Shown here piece after piece: positions 59,882 through 64,000 of a DNA stretch of 64,000 bases (positions are counted from its first letter, which is position 1; every line of letters begins with the position of its first letter). Source of the stretch: an uncultured archaeon. GTDB lineage: Archaea; Asgardarchaeota; Lokiarchaeia; Sigyniarchaeales; SOKP01. The DNA lies in NCBI GenBank assembly GCA_964388035.1, contig CAYLZE010000012.1:13567-77566 (forward strand), written 5' to 3'. The position numbers and the translations under genes are program-made. The notes below the pieces were generated by a model. It was given only the letters and a program-made list of their open reading frames with translations, did no database searches and was not told where the DNA came from.

Positions 59882-61183
59882 TCAACCTCGATTTAAAGCA
59901 CAAGTCATGCAATGTGGGCCACCATATCCTCCAGTAAGATTTGTTACATCTATCGGATATACCTCTATTCCGTATTGATAAATTTCTCTTTTATGAGGAA
60001 AAAATTCGCCCTCATTCTTTAGATGTTGATAGTCTTTCATTGCTTGATCCAATAAGCGCCCATATCTTTTCGGTTCGTCATTTGCTTTCAATTTCAAACT
60101 TTCCAGAGTGTTTTTTATCACTCGACTGCCATCTACCGCTATAATGGTACCATCTCTAACACATAAAAAATTAGATGCATATGAAAGTTGTTCTAAGGTA
60201 GTTAACCCGATGATGTTAAATCCTTTTGATTTCATATATGCATGTAAATTGGTTTCAGATTTATCCTTTTTATAAACACCAGCACTTTCTCTATAGTATA
60301 TTTCAACAATTGCTCTTTTCAAGAGAAGTTCTAATCCAATGGCAACACTGCTTGAAGCAACATCAAAATAAGTATCTATATGCATATCAATCATGGGATC
60401 AGGATTTTCATCAGGAATTAATGGATGATTCGGTTGATGAACAACTGCTACTTCATCAAAATCAACACCAAATTTAAGTAATTGGTCAACACCTGATTGA
60501 TTGGTCCTATCACCTAAACCTACTAATGCGAAATCTTTCATTGGAATGAAATCACCTCCTTCAAATGTTCCAGGTTCTTCTACTCGATGAGCAATAGGAA
60601 CATCTAATATTTCCCATAAAAATTGTGTTATGTTAGGCTCACCCCGGCGTTGTGGTTTTGCCATGCGAGAAATAAACATCCCTTTATCAGTAGTAGCTTG
60701 CTGATCCCTCATGAAGTATAAATTAACAGTCGGTTCTCTCTCTGTCACATTTAAATTGATATACCTTGTTCCTTTCCCCTTTTCAACGTCAATAAGTGGA
60801 TTAAGCATTAGAATATTGAAATAAAACTCAGCATCTAATACATCTTCATTTTTTTCAAATTCCTTTTTTGCTAATTCTACTTCTTGAGGATCACCAGAAT
60901 ATTTTATTAATTCCTTGGTTCTATCAATTATCTTTTTTCTAATTTCAGGATCGTCATCCACTTTTTTTAATATTAAATCTTCTAGATGTAGGACCTCAAC
61001 TTTATAATCATATTTCAATACATGCTCTAATCTATCATGTTCTATTCTTGCTTCAGTTGCATTGAAAGCTCTTTCATATAATGATGCATAGGGTTCAAGT
61101 AATCCAATAAACATTTCTATACCGGGTCTATGTGTAATAACCTTACGCAGTTTATCCCATTCTGCTTTTATTTTTCCGTCCAT
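59882..61183 (-). CDS. arcA: Arginine deiminase
   Basis: Own ATG (MDGKIKAEWD) preceded by GGAGAT; FMRD, FEGGD, MHIDT, GGPHCMT catalytic motifs; fused to arcB in the ORF track. Confidence 0.92.
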   Translation of the reverse strand: MDGKIKAEWDKLRKVITHRPGIEMFIGLLEPYASLYERAFNATEARIEHDRLEHVLKYDYKVEVLHLEDLILKKVDDDPEIRKKIIDRTKELIKYSGDPQEVELAKKEFEKNEDVLDAEFYFNILMLNPLIDVEKGKGTRYINLNVTEREPTVNLYFMRDQQATTDKGMFISRMAKPQRRGEPNITQFLWEILDVPIAHRVEEPGTFEGGDFIPMKDFALVGLGDRTNQSGVDQLLKFGVDFDEVAVVHQPNHPLIPDENPDPMIDMHIDTYFDVASSSVAIGLELLLKRAIVEIYYRESAGVYKKDKSETNLHAYMKSKGFNIIGLTTLEQLSYASNFLCVRDGTIIAVDGSRVIKNTLESLKLKANDEPKRYGRLLDQAMKDYQHLKNEGEFFPHKREIYQYGIEVYPIDVTNLTGGYGGPHCMTCALNRG

Positions 61184-61245
61184 AATTTTATCTCCCATAA
61201 AAAAATTTAATTTCAATAAAAAAAAAAAAATAAAAAATAAAATTA

Positions 61246-62161
61246 TTAAAAAATAATTTAAAATACCTATGGCTCCGTAAAGTTTGTTTTCCCCTTGTTG
61301 CCATACTATTGATTGTGTTCCTTCAATAACATCATCAGTGATTTCCAATCCACGATGGGCTGGTAGGCAATGCATGACGACAGCATCACTTTTTGCAAGT
61401 TTCAATAAATTCGAGTTAATTTGATAACCTTTGAAATCTTGCATTCGTTTTTGTTGCTCCTCTTCCATCCCCATGCTGACCCATACATCAGTATAGAGAA
61501 TGTCTGCGCCTTTTGCAGCATCTTCAGGCTTGTCTACAATATTTATACTTGTTCCATTACTCATGGCAATTTTTCGAGCTTGTTCTAATATTTCTGTTTG
61601 TGGTTTATAACCCTGAGGAACTGCTGCATTCATGTTCATTCCCATTATCGCGCAACCCAACATTAATGAATTACACATGTTATTACCATCTCCGATAAAA
61701 GCTAAAGTTGAACCTTCTAATTTACCTTTAACTTCTAAAATGGTAAAAAAATCACAGATAATTTGGGTTGGATGGCTTACATCACTTAGCCCATTAATTA
61801 TGGGCACTTTTGAATATTTACTCAGTTCGACCAATGTTTGGTGAGAATAAACGCGCCCAACAATTAAATCTAAATAACCGCTTAAAATTCTCGCAGTATC
61901 TTTGATAGGTTCTCCTCTCTTCAATTGTAACTCACTTGAGGCTAAATAGATTGCTTGTCCCCCCAATCTTAAGGTTGCAGCTTCAAAACTTGTACGAGTT
62001 CGAGTGGAAGGCTTTTCGAATAATAACCCAACGATTTTATCGTCTAAATTTGTTAATTTTTTCCCACTTTTAATTTGAGCTTTAAATTTCTTAATATGTT
62101 TGAAAATATCGATCCATTCCTCTTTGGTTAAGTCAGTCTCCGACAAAAATGACTTTTGCAT
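61246..62161 (-). CDS. arcB: Ornithine carbamoyltransferase (3' end inferred; stop appears shifted out of frame)
   Basis: FEKPSTRT, HPTQ, GDGNN, TDVWVSMG, HCLP. Confidence 0.92.
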
Positions 62162-63763
62162 TTAATCTTCTGCCTCCTTTTCGATTTGCTCAATATCGCT
62201 TGGCCGAAATTTTGGATCTGCATTTGTCTTATATGCCCAATAATAAATCAACAATGAAAATATTGTTAGCACAATAATATCATATGGCATTATCAAGAAT
62301 CCTATTGGTCCAAAGGGTAGAAAATTCTCGTAGATATAATTTGTATCACCAAGATAAGAAATAAGAACAAGTCCAATTAGATACACTATTATCCACGCAG
62401 ACCTTTTAAGTTCCGTTATATGATTTTTCGTTAAATAGTATAATGGAAATCCAATAAGCATCAATATACCTCCAATAAATGTCCAAGGCCAGGATGCCCA
62501 ATATACTAAAAATGTCCCTAAAACAAATCCTATTCCCGCCACAACTTTATTTGCAGGAAGTCTAAAAGGTCTTTTTGTATTTGGATCAGTTTTTCTCATT
62601 ATAGGAACTGAAATTGCTGCTGCCGTATAGGGTACTAAAGCAGTAATGGATGCCAATAATGCAATCGGAGGAAATGCAGGAATGGTAATAAGAAGTATAT
62701 TCGTCAAAATTGATGACAATATAAGAGATTTCACAGGTGTTCTATACTTTTTATTAATATTTCCCATAGGACTCCAGAATAAACCATCTAATGCCATTTC
62801 ATAAGGAATTCGAGATTGCAAGAGCACCCAATCACCACTAGCACCTGCTGTACTTATAATTGCTCCGATAGTAATTAAGATTGCTAACCAAAATAATCCC
62901 GGTATTGCATTAGCTACATCCGAAAATGGAGATGCTAAATTTCCAATACTCCCCCAATCATTAGTTTGTAAACCCAATGCATTCCAATTAATCATCCCTC
63001 CAAAAGCAAATGAAATAAAAAGATAAACAATAACTACTATAACTATTGTTAAAATCATTGCTAAAGGAATATTCTTATGTGGTTTTTTGACCTCTTCTAT
63101 CGGAACAACGATTGCTTCAAATCCAGTAAAAGCCCAAAATTCAAATGCAATTGCTAATGTAACTCCTGCAATACCAAATGGTAAATAGGGTGTAAAGTTA
63201 GATGAGGTAAAAAAAAGTAAACCCACTACGCCGAAAATGATAAGAGGAACAATTTTTCCTATAGTAGTGATAATTGCATAGAGACCCCCCCATTTAACTC
63301 CTAATACATTAATTATAGTTAAAAGCCACAATGAAATAGATGCAATAATTGTTCCTAAAACTGTCATTGTTAATCCATTTGATAATCCCGGAATAAAGTA
63401 ACTTAAGTAAATCATAAAAGCTTCAAGAATCGCCGCAGTTCCGATAAAGGCATAAAGATAATAACCCCATCCCATAACAAAACCTCCTTGATTTCCTAGT
63501 GCTAATCTAGGTAATGAATAGGGACCACCTGTCTTAGGATAAGTTGAACCTAATTCTGCATATGCAATGGCTAGAAAACTAACTACAATACCACATAAAA
63601 TGATTGCAAGGGTAAATCCAGGGCCTGCTACAGATCCCATTACTGCAGGCATGACAAAAACACCTGAGCCTATAATGCTTCCAACGCCCAAACTAATAAG
63701 AGAAAATAGTCCAAGATCACGTTTAAGTTTTCCTTTTGTTTCTTCTTTATTAGATTCATTCAT
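62162..63763 (-). CDS. APC-family amino acid permease, probable arginine/ornithine antiporter
   Basis: GSIIGSG, YAELG, GGPY, AFTGFE; first gene of the arc cluster, stop directly abuts the arcB ATG. Confidence 0.88.
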   Translation of the reverse strand: MNESNKEETKGKLKRDLGLFSLISLGVGSIIGSGVFVMPAVMGSVAGPGFTLAIILCGIVVSFLAIAYAELGSTYPKTGGPYSLPRLALGNQGGFVMGWGYYLYAFIGTAAILEAFMIYLSYFIPGLSNGLTMTVLGTIIASISLWLLTIINVLGVKWGGLYAIITTIGKIVPLIIFGVVGLLFFTSSNFTPYLPFGIAGVTLAIAFEFWAFTGFEAIVVPIEEVKKPHKNIPLAMILTIVIVVIVYLFISFAFGGMINWNALGLQTNDWGSIGNLASPFSDVANAIPGLFWLAILITIGAIISTAGASGDWVLLQSRIPYEMALDGLFWSPMGNINKKYRTPVKSLILSSILTNILLITIPAFPPIALLASITALVPYTAAAISVPIMRKTDPNTKRPFRLPANKVVAGIGFVLGTFLVYWASWPWTFIGGILMLIGFPLYYLTKNHITELKRSAWIIVYLIGLVLISYLGDTNYIYENFLPFGPIGFLIMPYDIIVLTIFSLLIYYWAYKTNADPKFRPSDIEQIEKEAED

Positions 63764-63940
63764 TTAAATATACCTTTTCTTTCAATTTTGGAATACTTAA
63801 ATACTCCACAATAGTGAGAAGATATTTTTATTTATTGATAATGTCTAGAAATTCTAGAAATTATTATCCCCTCAAATCAATCAAGATACGATTTTAAATT
63901 AAACAATTCTGAATTAAACAATTAATCATTAAATAAGTGC

Positions 63941-64000
63941 CTTCCAATTCAATATTAGCAATTCTAATTCAATATTAGCAATTCTAATTCAATATTAGCA
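63941..64000. repeat. 20-bp tandem repeat, at least 3 units, running off the window end
   Basis: cttccaattcaatattagca / attctaattcaatattagca / attctaattcaatattagca. Confidence 0.9.

Noticed and set aside
59882-62161. 759-aa OTC-ADI fusion as a genuine novel bifunctional enzyme
   Set aside because: The linker is a homopolymeric T-rich tract, arcA has its own SD/ATG, and a single-base indel restores a double stop
63941-64000. CRISPR array
   Set aside because: Units are head-to-tail with no spacers, and there are no cas genes in the window

Overview
AT-rich archaeal chromosomal segment, most consistent with an Asgard archaeon of the Lokiarchaeia type. That assignment is inferred from gene content: PAC2 chaperones, AfpA, SmsCB and an aCPSF-like nuclease, plus eukaryotic-signature-like proteins (tandem roadblock, NPRL2/uDENN-like longin, several MPN/JAMM proteins, LRR/TPR proteins). 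About 50 CDSs were found. No rRNA, tRNA, CRISPR array or transposase was recognised. Housekeeping and metabolic genes include crotonase, SDR, two PepD, RmlC, a PHP phosphatase, GH51, CopA, a frameshifted P2 ATPase, SmsCB and an arginine deiminase operon. The best candidate for an undescribed system is the locus at 34-39 kb. It holds three MPN+coiled-coil paralogues, including a translationally coupled active(JAMM)/inactive pair reminiscent of eukaryotic Rpn11/Rpn8, CSN5/CSN6 or BRCC36/Abraxas, together with a Zn-ribbon protein. Other highlights are a coupled pair of coiled-coil+winged-helix proteins, an unannotated 55-aa Cys/His protein duplicating the C-terminal domain of CopA, a divergent FttA/aCPSF1 paralogue with degenerate KH domains, and several unexplained DNA repeats. 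All family assignments come from motif recognition by eye; no database searches were run.
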